Notes: generated from the sequence alone by a model not told the origin. Counted from the stretch's first letter, positions 1-12,547 are shown. The stretch: 64,000 bases of DNA from Octopus sinensis (GCF_006345805.1 NC_043002.1:68696001-68760000), one strand, 5' to 3'. Translations and numbers: made by a program.

Positions 1-69
1 TAAGCATTTCGCCCAGCATGCTAACATTTCTGCCAGCCTGCCGCGTTATTAATCAATAAAATATTAACA

Positions 70-490
70 GGTGCAGGAGTGGCTGTGTGGTAAGTAGCTT
101 GCTTACCAACCACATGGTTCCAGGTTCAGTCCCACTGTGTGGCATCTTAGGCAAGCATCTTCTACTATAGCCTCAGGCCAAACAAAGCCTTGTTAGTGGA
201 TTTGGTAGAGGGAAACTGCCAGAAGCCTGTCACACACACACACACACATATGTGCATCACATATGTATGTGTGTGTGTGCGTGTATGTGTGTGTGAGTGT
301 GTGCTTGTGTTTGTACCCCGCACCATCACTTGACAACCGATGCTGATGTCTTTATGACCTCCATCACTTAGCAGTTCAGCAAAGGAGACTGATAGAATAA
401 GTACTAAGCTTACAAAGAATAAATCCTGGGATCGATTTGCTTGACTAAAGGTAGTACTCCAGCATGGCCTCAGTCAAATGAATGAAACAA
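70..490 (+). mobile_element. tRNA-derived SINE, CORE-like family
   Basis: Pol III-like head (GGCTGTGTGGTAAG...GGTTCAGTCCC), central CTTAGGCAAGCATCTT, internal CA/TG microsatellite, tail ...GTCAAATGAATGAAAC. Many further copies in the window. Confidence 0.8.
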
Positions 491-1159
491 TTAAAAAAGT
501 TAGTACTGGAACTAATGTAATTGACTAACCCACCTCTCCTTGGTAACGAGATGGCACATATTCCCTTAGAGACTAACGAAGTGAAATTATTGCCTCTCCT
601 AGTTTATGACCATGCTGCATCAAGAGTCATGTCCATCTTGAAGTGTTGCCAGTGGTGCTTTAACCTACTTTGGTCAATCACAGACGTGAATAGATGACGC
701 ACCCGTACAAAACAGCATGGGTCTTGAGCTATAATCTGATAAAAAGCACACTGATAGGACTGGTGTCCTCCAGTGGGACAACAAGAGCCACAGAAAGTCT
801 GCATGATAAACCCCCTCTTAAAACTGCTGGTCTAATGCCAAAATTTGAAACAATTATGGTTCCACTAACCCTATAATAAAGTTCAGACATAAAGTCAGGG
901 ACTATATACCATCAATACCCTTGTCGTCATCACCATCATCACTGTTTTAAAATCTACTTTTCCATGCTTGCATGGGTTGGCTAGAATTCATTGAGACAGA
1001 TTTTCTACAGCCAGACACTCTTCTCATTTCTAACACTCACCTGTTTCCACATAATATTTCCTCGAGGCTGGACAAGATTTCACAGATTAGAAATGAAGAA
1101 CACAGCAGAAATGTTTTTGTTGGACAAACCCATTAGTAAAGGCTTCCATCACTAGAAGC

Positions 1160-1965
1160 TACTTGATGTGACACTCAAGCATCAGTATGCGACTGGATTC
1201 ATCAAGTGAAGTCGTACTGCCATGGAGTATGTCTTTGTTTTGCAGTGTTTCTGCCTTGTTTGTCAATTTTTGCAATGGCTGAAATGAAGGAACATTGTGC
1301 TTCTGTGAAATTCTGTTTTCTGCTGGAGAAAATGGTGGCCAAAACAGTTGTCATGCTTCAAACAGCTTACAAGGACGCTGCCATGAGCAAAACACAAGTT
1401 TATGAGTGGTTTCTACACTTTCAGAATGGTCGCTTGTTGCTTGAAGACCAACCTTGTTCAGGACAACTGTCAACCTCCTGAAAGAATGAGTGAAAACATC
1501 ATGAAAATTCATGAACTCATCTTGGAGGACTGTCACCGAACAATTAACAAACTTGTTGATATGGCTGGTGAGTCCAGGAACTCCTGCAAACAAATTTGGA
1601 GTGAGAAATTGCAAATGAAAAGAGTTGCAGAAAAATTTGTGCCTCACTTGCTCACAGAAGATCAAAAGCAGTCATGACTGAATGTGCGACATGAACTGAA
1701 AGAACAGCTGGAAGTTGATCCAAGCCTTCTTTTGAAGGGTCATCACTGGTGACAAAAGCTGGTGCTATGGAATTTGCAGATGTGGAAAAAGAGAAGAAAA
1801 AACAACAGAGGCATTAAAAGGCATCACATCGCAAGAATTCCAGCACTGTTTCAAACAGTGAAAAATGCATTTGCACTAATGCATTGCTTCAAATGGAGAA
1901 TACTTTGAATAAGTGAATAAAATAATATTGCCAAATTTTAGTTTCTTATGGGTACCCCCTAGTAT
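1160..1965 (+). mobile_element. Internally deleted, frameshifted mariner transposon
   Basis: HTH region KFCFLLEKMVAKTVVMLQTAYKDAAMSKTQVYEWF and the first catalytic motif (ITGDKSWCY) jump directly to the C-terminal coding end; TIR-like end ...GGGTACCCCC then TAGTATA. Confidence 0.85.
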
Positions 1966-2899
1966 ACACACACACGCACACACACACACACACACACACA
2001 ACAGGTTTCCTCACAATTTCTATCTACCAAATTCACTTACAAGGTTTTGGTTAGCCTGAGGCTATAATAGAAAACTCTTGCCCAAGATGCCATGCAGTTG
2101 GGATGAACCTGAAACCCCAGGTTATTGCAAAGGCAGTTTCTTAATCACACAGCCATGTCTGTGCCTATTGCAAATGTTTAAATAAAGATTTCTCACACTG
2201 GCATGTAGTGGCAGATTTTAATGGGAAAAGAAATGGAATTCATTCAATTTGACCTCCACCAAAAAAGATGAAAGGAGAAAAGTCAACTCTGAAAGGATTT
2301 GAACTCAGAATGTAAAGGAATGTAACTAAATGCCACAAGTCACATAATCCTACAATCAACTACTTCTAAAATTCCTCCACCCTTCAAATGTTTGAATAAT
2401 AATCAGTGTAATATTTAGATTTAGCTAATTCGACAAACTCACCCACACACCACATCACACCCCTACACTTACTCCTCCACAAAACATTAAGCTGTTATTA
2501 TTTCCTGCTAGATCATTATTCCATGCGTTGACATGTTTCCTATGAGGTTTATATGTATGTAAGTGGGTCATTGAAGTAAAATGAGTCTTGTGTGTGAAGT
2601 TAGGTTCAAATACTGGCATTCATTCACTCGGCTATTCATTCATTCTGTTAATTGTTCATTCTCTTTATTTTGTTTCCTGTTCTCCAGTCATTGGCATCAA
2701 TGGTTCACAGGTTTATTGAGACTATTATGAACATTCACTTATGTGACTTAGCATACACACTGGATGGATGCATGAATGTTAACAGGAGTTTGTTGTTACT
2801 GCTGTTAACACCCCGCCCATCCTTTCTCACCTTCATTCAGTTGTTAATTGTAATTACACTACTGTATAGTTAAGTAAAATTTAAATCCACTGAAAAGGT

Positions 2900-3035
2900 T
2901 TATGCATATGTATATATACATACAAACATATATACATATACATGCATGTATGTATGTATGTATGTATGTATGTATGTATGTATGTATGTATGTATATATG
3001 TATGTTTGCATATATGTTTGTATGTATATATACAT
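2900..3035. repeat. (TATG)n/(TA)n microsatellite
   Basis: Directly visible. Confidence 0.95.
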
Positions 3036-3329
3036 ATGCATAAACTTTTTCAGTGGATTTAAATGTATGTATATGCATTTATCTATTTACTTATGTATTC
3101 ATTTCATAACTCAGCTTATGAACAAAAGAATTGTTAGTTACAGGTATAGTTCACTGCACATCTAGTACCAAGAATGACAATGCAGAACAAATAACTAAAG
3201 GGATCTCATTTGTAAAGTACTAGTGTTTGGTTTTCTCACTGATGTGTTTACCAATACACATTGAGGAAAGATACATCCTCGCAAACGCACAAACACTAAT
3301 TCATTCATGTACTTATACATGCATGAATG

Positions 3330-3379
3330 TGTGTGCTTGCACACACACACACGCACACACAAACACACACACACACACA

Positions 3380-3435
<56 letters not shown>
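3330..3435. repeat. (CA)n microsatellite
   Basis: Directly visible. Confidence 0.95.
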
Positions 3436-3436
<1 letters not shown>

Positions 3437-5739
3437 GGATTTTTGTACTGTTTTCAAACAACAAATTCCTCTCAAAACTTGAAGACACTGCCTAAGGTGC
3501 TGCATAATAAGATCAAACTCAGAATTAGATATTTATAAAGTGAATGTCTTCATCACACCAGCTATACTTGTGCCCCCATAACACTGTAAATCTGTAATTA
3601 ATTTTGTAAATGTTTTATGCAGTCATACATATTTATTATATCATACCATATGGGCTAAGATCTCAATTGACAGGCCACTGGTATTTATGGAGTGTTAAAC
3701 ACTTTCTGTGTGCAAATTAGGAACCCCTTCATAGAGTAACTGCTGCATTTGTTGACTATATAAACAGTTTGGTTTCTTGTGTGTGTGTGTGTGTGTGTGT
3801 TTATATATGTATGTTTGTATGTATGTATGTACATATGTATCTATAAGGAAAATTAAGCATAAACAACAGGTAAAATCCATAGGACAAGATACAAACACGA
3901 AAACCATTACCTCTCATCAGCTGTTGAATGAAAATTAAGGCAATTTCAGCATGTTATCGACAGGATTGCTCACTTCAGGGTGCTAAAAAGTAGTGTCAAA
4001 GACATGATGATGTCAATTATATGAAAATATACAAAAAAATAAGATACAAAAAATATTTAAATTAGTCAACTAAACAAACATTCAGCATCTATAATGAAGA
4101 CAAACAGAATACAAGACAAAGTGTCAAGAAATATTAAAGAATGAGTGTCTTTTTACTTGAGTGAAAAAAAAATCCCAAGAAACAATGTATCAGAGATGAT
4201 TGTGTAATGCTAAGAGGAAATGATAGTAGAACATTAGATGTTGGATGGTGGTCCTTAAACAAAAAGCAGAAAGCAAGGAGACAGGTAGCAATGCCAAGAC
4301 TGAAAAGACAGAAGAATGGAATCATAATCAGAGATAGGGATGGGAGAGAACACTAATGAGAGAGAGAGAGGAGGAGGAGAGAGAAATGCGAAATGGAGAA
4401 AGAGAGGGAGATAAAATAAAGAGAGGGGGAGTGGAAGAAAGGCAGAGACAGACAGCAAGAGAAAGAGAAAGAAGGAAGACAAAAACTTTCCTATGCACAA
4501 AATCAACTTGATAACAAAAAAGACATACAGTAATTGATTTGACACCAGTATATTACTGGTATTTATTTTAATAACAACCTTAAAAGAATGAAAGATAAAA
4601 ACAATTCTGGCAGGATTTGAAATTTTCAAATTATTAACTTTTTCAATATCAATCCACATGAGACCACCTATGGTTCTTTGATAGAAAAGCCCCTTATTTT
4701 AAAATGTTGATATTTAAATAAAAACCTTTCATAGTAATTTTGTTCGGTTATGTTCCTAACACCAGTTTAATTGTGACAAAGTTATTCCATTTTATTAACC
4801 AGCTTTAAATTCTTGAATATTTAGTTAATGAATTAAAGCACACAGGAAATGTATACCATTAGAAATATGATCATGGAGTGGTTAAACAAATTGTCAGAGA
4901 CCAATGATTTCAGAACAGCATTGAAAATAAATTGAAGCACAACTACAACAATGCATTTTCCTGCTGAAACAAAATGGAAATATGATCCAACAAAGAAGCC
5001 TCTACCTAGTCGATCGATATGCTAGAAATAGCAGCTAAATCTCCCTCGTATCACACTCTACCTTCTTAAAAAGTATGTTATGGAAACGTTGCATAATGAA
5101 GTTCTAGACACCCTATGCCCCATCCAAAGGGCTTGATGGCCATAGCTGGAATGTTTATGATCATAAGCAAATTTAATTAGAGATTTCCTGAGGCTAAACA
5201 ACAGCAACAGCCAACACAAATTTATCATATAACCATAAACATGGTCTTTCAATAAATTTGAAGTCTTGAATCAAAAACTGTGTTTGTCATTATTGTTTAA
5301 CCCCAGGTCAACTCTAATCAGGCAAACCTATGATCAAAGGCATTCCAACAGTGACTATTCCATCTTTTTGTATATTAAGTACTTACAATGTCTAATTTAA
5401 AATGGCAAGGTGTAATTTGAGTGAAATTTGGCTGCTATTTTTATCAGATCATGAAAATGTGATCCAGTGGTCTGAGTGTCCTGTTTGTGATCATAAGGTC
5501 ATGGGCTCAAATTTTATGTTGTGTCGTGCATCATTTCCTTGAGCAAGGTGCTTCATTTCACATTATTCCAGTTTGCTCAACTGTAATGTGTACCAGCTGG
5601 GTACTTGTGCACTTATCTTTTCTTCCAATTGTAACATCCTGCATGTGCCACTGGATCACGGAGAAGGAAATTGAAAGTAAAATAAAACAACTTTTTCTCT
5701 AAGCCTACTACCCAGCATTTTCTTTAAACTAATTTTACT

Positions 5740-6062
5740 CCTGAAAATATCTACGGAGATGTACTTGCATGGCAAATGATCTGATCTGAGATCGTGTGCT
5801 GGAACGAAAACAATTGCAGCATGGTAGGTGTTTATAAGCCATTTAAGAAACACACAAAAACCATTAGATTCACTTCAACATTTAAATTTAATTTGCCAAA
5901 ATATTTTTGTTGCTTTGAGATGCAGCACGGAATTTTGTCAGTGAACAGGTCATGGTCTCAAAAAAACAAAAATATTTTGGCAAATTAAATTTTAATGTTG
6001 AAGTGAATCTAACAGTTTTTGTGTGTTTCTTAAATGGCTTACACACACCTTACATGCTGCAA
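5740..6062. mobile_element. Foldback repeat, probable PLE terminal repeat (family also at 38870-39090 and 50998-51480)
   Basis: Inverted arms 5814-~5915 and ~5955-6062; contains TTTGTCA GTGAACA G GTCAT (degenerate hammerhead-like junction). Confidence 0.55.
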
Positions 6063-6689
6063 CTGTGTCCTAAAAATATATTTTACTCAAATACTTAATA
6101 TCTAAAATAAACACCAACAGAGGAATAATATGTAGCAACAATAATGAGCGTTCATGCCTTTTATTTATTCTCATCACCTTAATAAATCTCGTTACATGTG
6201 TCTGCTTGAGGTCATATATGCACTAAAAGCAAGCAGCAAAAGTATATACATGTTACCAAGGCACACTTGTTAGTGATTGCTGGCTGTACCTAAGCAGGTT
6301 GAACAACCTCATTTATACTTCCTTGTCTGAAAAAGGATGTCTGTTTGTTTGTTTTTATATTGTTGCTATGTTGACACACCTTTGGTGTAGTGGCAGGTGA
6401 ATAGATTACAGGTAGTTTTATTGATTTAACTTTAAAATGAGAAACCCCAATTTGAAAGCTTTTAGAGTTGTAAAATATTTATTTAGCTTGCTCTGGTGTG
6501 AATTTGAGATTAACAGGTCTGGGAAATAGGAGTGCTTCTTGATTTCTCACCCTTCTAGGTTTTTTTATAATATATAGAACTGAATAGAGAATAATGAAAG
6601 TAATTTTAATAGTAAAAATAAAGAGTTTTAATTTCAATGCTTATTTATTTATTTATTTATTTATTTATTGCAAAATTAACAAGAATACC

Positions 6690-6925
6690 TATTTCTTTAC
6701 TACCCACAAGGGGCTAAACACAGAGAGGACAAACAAAGACAGACAAATGGATTAAGTCGATTATATCGACCCCAGCGCATAACTAGTACTTATTTAATCG
6801 ACCCCGAAAGGATGAAAGGCAAAGTTGACCTCGGCGGAATTTGAACTCAGAACATAACCGCAAACAAAATACCGCTAAGCATTTCGCCCGGCGTGCTAAC
6901 GTTTCTGCCAGCTTGCTGCCTTCAG
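6690..6925 (-). mobile_element. Full-length tRNA-derived SINE with 16-bp TSD
   Basis: Head GGCAGCAAGCTGGCAGAAACG, B-box GAGTTCAAATTCC, conserved GCCTTTCATCCTTTCGGGGTCGAT block; TSD AATTAACAAGAATACC at 6674-6689 and 6926-6941. Confidence 0.9.
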
Positions 6926-7470
6926 AATTAACAAGAATACCATTTAACAATAACACAAGCCAATGAGGAAGTCTCTACATGGTCCCACGACTTGTTAGAG
7001 ATAACAACCAAATCTTCTTCAAATTATACCTTACTCTAGGTACAAGGACTGGCTGTGTGGGTAAGAAGCCAGCTATCCAACCATGTTCTCAACCCTGGAA
7101 AAGTGGACATTAAACGATGATGATTATGATATCTGAAAAAAAGGGACATATTGGATTATAAGGTTCTGGATTCTCTGCACAGAGGGGAAAAGATGGAATG
7201 GTAATTGCTAGAATACTTTTGACTGTGTCTGCTTAATCACAGCTGATCTGGTGCTAAACCACAGCTGTAAATTTGATGAAACCCCTTCATTAATGGGTGC
7301 TTACAGAGGAGTTTATTCTATTAAAAGCATTTTAAACAAATGATAGATTAAGGGTCACATTAGACCCTTAATTAGAGCATAGGTTGTTTCAATCAGGGCA
7401 GCTGACCAAGCATCAAAAGACATTAGCAAAAGCAAATTTTGAATTATACATACTTTTGATAATGTAAACA

Positions 7471-7835
7471 CAGGTGCAGGCATGGCTGTGTGGTAAGAAG
7501 CTTGCTTCCCATCCACATGGTTCTGGGTTCAGTCCTACAGCGTGGTACCTAGAGCAAGTGTCTTCTACTATAGCCTTGGGCTGACCAAAGCCTTGTGAGT
7601 AGATTTGGTAAATGAAAACTGAAAGAAGCCCATCATATGTGTGTGTGTCTGTGTTTGTTCGCCCCCCATCTTGGTGTGTTTATGTCCCCATACTTTGTAG
7701 TTCGGCAATAGATTGATAGAATAAGTACTAGGCTTACAAAGAATAAGTCCTGGGATCAATTTGTTTGACTAAAGGTGGCGCTTCAGCATGGCCGCATTCA
7801 AATGACTGAAATGAATAAAAGAATAAAAGAATTAC
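7471..7835 (+). mobile_element. CORE-like tRNA SINE copy
   Basis: Same head, body and tail as 70-490. Confidence 0.85.
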
Positions 7836-8062
7836 TGATGTCACATACTCGTATGTATTTCATCTGTGCACTTATTAGCTGCAGGATTACACCAAATACT
7901 GAGCTTTAAAAAATACTGAATTCCTCAAACAGGTGAGACAACTCTCCCCCTGTGGGTGAACGAGAATGATGGATATTCATATTTTGCTCTCATTTCAGGT
8001 CTTTAGCATTGTACACCTGAGTCAGCTTCAAATGAAATGGAATCACTGGTCTGAGACATACA

Positions 8063-8095
<33 letters not shown>

Positions 8096-8100
8096 GTATG

Positions 8101-8405
8101 TGGAGGTGAAATGGCCCAATGGTTAGGGCAGCGGACTCGCGGTCGAAGGACTGCGGTTTCGATTCCCAGACCGGACATTGTGTGTGTTTATTGAGCAAAA
8201 ACACCTAAAATCTCCACGAGGCTCCAGCAGGGGTTGGTGGCGACCCCTGTTGTACTCTTTCGACTCAACTTTCTCTCACTCTTTCTTCCTGTTTCTTGAG
8301 TAACGCTGCAATGGACTGACGTCCCGTCCAGCTGGGGGAACACATATGCCACAGAAACCAGGAAACTGAGCCCAATGAGCCTGGCTAAGCTTGAAAAGAG
8401 TGCAT
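8101..8405 (+). mobile_element. tRNA-Arg(TCG)-like SINE
   Basis: TGGCCCAATGGTTAGGGCAGCGGACTCGCGGTCG...GGTTTCGATTCC head, then a non-tRNA body. Related copies at 17105-17495 (-) and 37555-37850 (+). Confidence 0.8.
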
Positions 8406-8419
8406 AAAATATATATATA

Positions 8420-9250
8420 TATACGGTTTAAGTAATTGAGATTCAAGTGAATTCTAATGAATTCACATGAATATGGTCCTTAACTAGGATGCACCGGAAA
8501 TCTATATGGTGTTAACCATACGACAAGTGGGGTGATTACAAATAGGAAAAAAGCAACAAGAATGGATTAAAATCTCAGTACAATTGTTTCGTATGAGGAC
8601 ATCTTTAATAAGCTACAAAAAATGCAGTAAATATAGATGGCTCGTACTCGTCAGCCGAAAAAACATCAGAGATTCCCAAACATCAAAAGGGGTAGATACA
8701 AATGAGGGTGTAAGTTTAACTGCATTGAAGAAAGTTCGATTCCTGGAGATCCGATGAAAGGTCTTGATCTTACAGAATTTGTGCATGTCCCTATAGTGAA
8801 TTGTTAATCAAGTTATGTGAAGAAATTTTGGATACAGTCATGCAAAATTTCTGAGAATCCGAGTAAGAAGCAAAGTGACTGTCATATCGTGTAGAGGAAC
8901 AGATTGTTATTGAAATTTACAAGAATCACAGATAAGTTCGATTCCTGGAGATCTGATGAAAAGTCTTGAACTTACAGAATATGTGCATGTCCATATAGTT
9001 CATAGTGAATTATTAATCAAGTTATGTGAAGAAATTTTGGGTACAATCGTGCGAAATTTCAGGGAATCCGAGTGAGAAGCAAAATGACAATCTTATTCTG
9101 TAGAGGAACAGATTGTTATTCAATAACAATCTGTTCCTCTACAGAATAAGAGCCATCTATATTTACTGCATTTTTTGTAGCTTATGAAAGATGTCCTCGT
9201 ACGAAACAATTGTACCGAGATTTTAATCCATTCTTGTTGCTTTTTTCCTA
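8420..9250 (-). mobile_element. Penelope-like element remnant with inverted partial terminal repeat
   Basis: TA-flanked; 8545-8641 is inverted at 9151-9250; internal 202-bp tandem duplication; perfect 29-bp hairpin 9092-9150; hammerhead fold in the terminal repeat. Confidence 0.65.
8573..8660 (-). ncRNA. Type I hammerhead ribozyme
   Basis: Minus strand: UUCGG CUGACGA GUACGAG-(~41 nt)-CUCAUAC GAAAC AAUU GUA^CUGAG. Canonical core, stems I and II, palindromic stem III, GUA site. Confidence 0.8.
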
Positions 9251-9584
9251 TATATATATATATCATCATCATCATCATCATCATCATTTAGCGTCCGTTT
9301 TCCATGCTAGCATGGATGCAAATAGTGTAGAGTCTATCTGTTGTGTTTTTGACACTCGGCTTCTTAGTGGAACTTTTCCTCTGATGCAATCCTACAGTTA
9401 ATAAGTGCATAAACAAATCACATGCATTCAATATTAGAATAAAAGCTGTCCCATCAGGCAGTTTTTAAGCTAGTATATAGCTTTTAAGCTACTGACCCCA
9501 AATAGGAAGATCTGCAAACAGATCTCTCACTTGTTTTGGAGAATTTGTTACAATTGCTTCCTCCGGAGTCATATCACAATGATG

Positions 9585-10010
9585 GTCATATTTGTCGCAA
9601 AAAATCATGTAAAAAATTCACAAAAAACAATTTCTGGATTTTGGAATTAATTTCAATTATTCCCAAAGTTTATTTTCAAGTTATAAAAATTGTTATTGTA
9701 CAAAAATTTGTCGCAAAAAAATCATGTAAAAAAATTGCCGTAAATAATGTCAGTAATGAAGACTTTGGAATCTAAAATTTCAGGAGTGTGGGTCTGGATT
9801 TGGCCTGGAATATTTTTGATTTACTCATGGAGCTGTCTTTTAGATTATAAAAATTGTCATTGTACAAAAAGATTTGTTGCAAAAAAATCATGTAAAAGAA
9901 TCGTTGAAAACAATCACAGAAATGAAAACTTGGGAATTCAAAATTTCAGGATTGCAGATCTGGATTCAGCCCAGAATGTTTTTAATTTTACTCACGGAGT
10001 CTGCCTGATT
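9585..10010. repeat. Diverged three-copy tandem repeat (unit ~115-165 bp)
   Basis: TTTGTYGCAAAAAAATCATGTAAAA recurs at ~9590, ~9707 and ~9872, with shared TTATAAAAATTGTYATTGTACAAAAA. Confidence 0.8.
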
Positions 10011-11292
10011 CCAAAATGGTATGATATGTTGGTCTACAGCCTCTAGGAGTAAAGTTGGAAAAGTGTGGCACATTGACATCTGCATTTATTATATTAGATG
10101 TGACATTAGTAATGGTTACCCTATTAGAGCTGCTTATAATTTAAAATTTACTTTAGTTTCACTTGTACAGCACTGTTGCACATATACCTCAGACCAGCAA
10201 TTCCAATTTGTTTCACAGTGACTTAGGTATATGATGCTGAAGAGCTGAAATAACAGTGATATATTAATATCTATTGTTCTCATTTACCTATGGAGTGAGT
10301 TGTCTTCCTTGGTTTGTGGTATTCAATGTTTTTTAACATTCAATGTCTTAAAGGAATTTTTCCCCTAACTTTATCTTGCAATTATTAAGTGCATAAACAA
10401 AACACATGCATTCAGTATGTGACATCAGTAATGTTTACACAATCATTCATGGCTGAAGTTAGAAAAGTAGTTTTTGCATTTAGTAATGGGTGGTGAGGCA
10501 GGTGGAATTTGATAAGAGAGACATATAGGTGATTATTATTTATTTATTTTTGGTGGTGGTGGTGGTGGTGGTAGGGTATTTGCTGAGTGAAATTGAAGCA
10601 AAACAAGCAACAAATGCATTGGCTGTATGAGAAAAATTTCTGTTGACTGAGCCATCTTGTTTATGGTTCTGCAAATGTAGTTGGGGGTCATCTTGGCAAA
10701 GGATCGAAAGATTCACCCATAAATTGGAGTAGAGAGACGATCCTGAAGATGGCATATTGTCTTTCATGGATTGAAATAGTAGGTGAATGCCCTACTCCAA
10801 GAGAAGATGGTATGTGATTTCTTCCAAATGTTTTAAGAAACATTCTCATCCTGTGAGACTGTAATATAACTCTTATTGAACAACTCAAAAATATTTAGGG
10901 TAATAGATTTCACCTGAGTAAAAGATGTTGAAGAATACCCCTAGGAAGATGGAATTTGAGATCAGCATTGCAAACTATGAAAACAGTTATCAATTACATA
11001 GTACAAACATACCCCAAATCTTCAGCAATGGGTTGCAAAGAGGGTATCTTTTTACAGATGAGCTGGTGAGGGAGTCTCTATGTAGTCATTTTGACCTACT
11101 AGGGTTGCTAATCAAATTGCCTTTAATTCACACCTTACATTCTTAAAAAAGAAAGACATTGGATGATGTTGCCACAGATACACTATTCTGGCAAGCAAAA
11201 GAGAGAGCCATAAATGGAATGTCTTTTATCATAGAACTGCTGGATCAAAGACGACAGAGGACTAAACAACTAAAATTAGGTAGATTAGGCCC

Positions 11293-11506
11293 TTAAACCT
11301 TTTGTTACCGAATTTATTTTGAAATGTTCTGTTTTTCTTTCAATTAATTTTAAATATAACAAAAAATTTAGTAAAATTACTTAGTTATCATTAAGTGTTA
11401 GGAACATAAATTGTAACTAAGGTTTGAGGGAAGATTTTAATTCAAAACTTATGAAAACGAGACATTTGTACTACAGAGCCAGAGACGATTTCATCGAAAG
11501 GGTTAA
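11293..11506. mobile_element. TTAA-flanked MITE (piggyBac-like ends)
   Basis: TTAA-ACCTTT...AAAGGG-TTAA; no coding capacity. Confidence 0.65.
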
Positions 11507-11583
11507 ACATTAAATATAACTGACAAGAATGCAAGTGAAGAGTGAAGAGATATGAAATATTGAATATTAGTAATTCTGAAATA

Positions 11584-12136
11584 TTGGGTTGTCTGGAAAG
11601 TTCGTGCTGATTTTTAAAGGAGAGAAAAGGTCAATAAATACTTGCTTTTACATTTTTAATCAACCAAATATGAAACATTTTGTTGCACCATGCGTCTCCA
11701 TCTTTCTTTTAACTTGAAAATGCCCTTTTCCCAGAATTGAGGTGGTTTCATGGCAAAGAATTCATCAAGGTATCTTTTTACGTCATCCAAGGAATTGAAA
11801 TTTTTACCATTAAGACTATTCTGCAGAGACCTGAATAAGTGGATATCTGAAGGAGAGATATCTAGTGAATATGGAGGGTTGGGTATCACATCCTAGCTGA
11901 GCTGCAGCAATTTTTGTCTGGTTCCCAAAACATCAAGTGCCGAAAATGAACTTTTTTATCTTCCATTTTAAAGGGTTACAGAATTAACACAGGTTATAGG
12001 AACATAAACCTTCTTCCATGAAAAGATAGCTGAAACTGTGCTCTAAATGGAGGTGTAGTCAAATCCTATTTTATGAACTCAACCATGTTCTAAAATAAGT
12101 CGAAAGGTAAGCTACTATAAATCGGCAACCCAATAT
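11584..12136 (-). mobile_element. Non-autonomous mariner deletion derivative
   Basis: TIR GGGTTGTCTGGAAAGTTCGTGC; PPYSLDISPSDIHLFRSLQNSL...RWRRMVQQN; same deletion junction as 52657-53224. Confidence 0.9.
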
Positions 12137-12289
12137 TTTGAAATACTGCTTCTCAACAACAGAAGAATGGAAGTTAATTACTAAGCTAAAAATGAAATAT
12201 AACTGTTATATTATCTCTCTCTCTCTCTCTCCCTGTCTCTCTCCATTTATATATATATATACACATACAGTTGAATATTGGTTACAAAT

Positions 12290-12490
12290 TTTGGCACAAG
12301 GACAGTCATTTCTGGTGAGGGGGATAAGTTGATTACATCAACCCCAGTGCTCAGCTGGTTCTTATTTTATCGACCCTAAAAGGACAATAGGCAAAGTTGA
12401 CCTTGGTGGGATTTGAACTCAGAATGTAAAGATGATGAAATGCTGTTAAGCATTTTTGCTTGCATGCTAATGATTCTGTCTGTTTGCTGC

Positions 12491-12495
<5 letters not shown>
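12290..12495 (-). mobile_element. tRNA SINE (family of 6690-6925)
   Basis: GAGTTCAAATCCCACCAAGGTCAACTTTGCC on the minus strand. Confidence 0.75.

Positions 12496-12547
<52 letters not shown>

Noticed and set aside
2859-3505. ORFs rich in YI/HT/CV/MYVC (also 12351-12660, 27243-27599, 33816-34133, 44192-44762, 52393-52735, 62896-63518)
   Set aside because: Translations of di-, tri- and tetranucleotide microsatellites.
8101-8175. tRNA genes (also 39407-40161 and other SINE heads)
   Set aside because: A and B boxes are present but acceptor stems do not pair, and the heads run into SINE bodies.
10570-11146. Short ORFs and exon-like segment (GGHLGKGSKDSPINW...|gtatgt)
   Set aside because: Weak acceptor, stops nearby in all frames, no homology; partly runs into a SINE tail.
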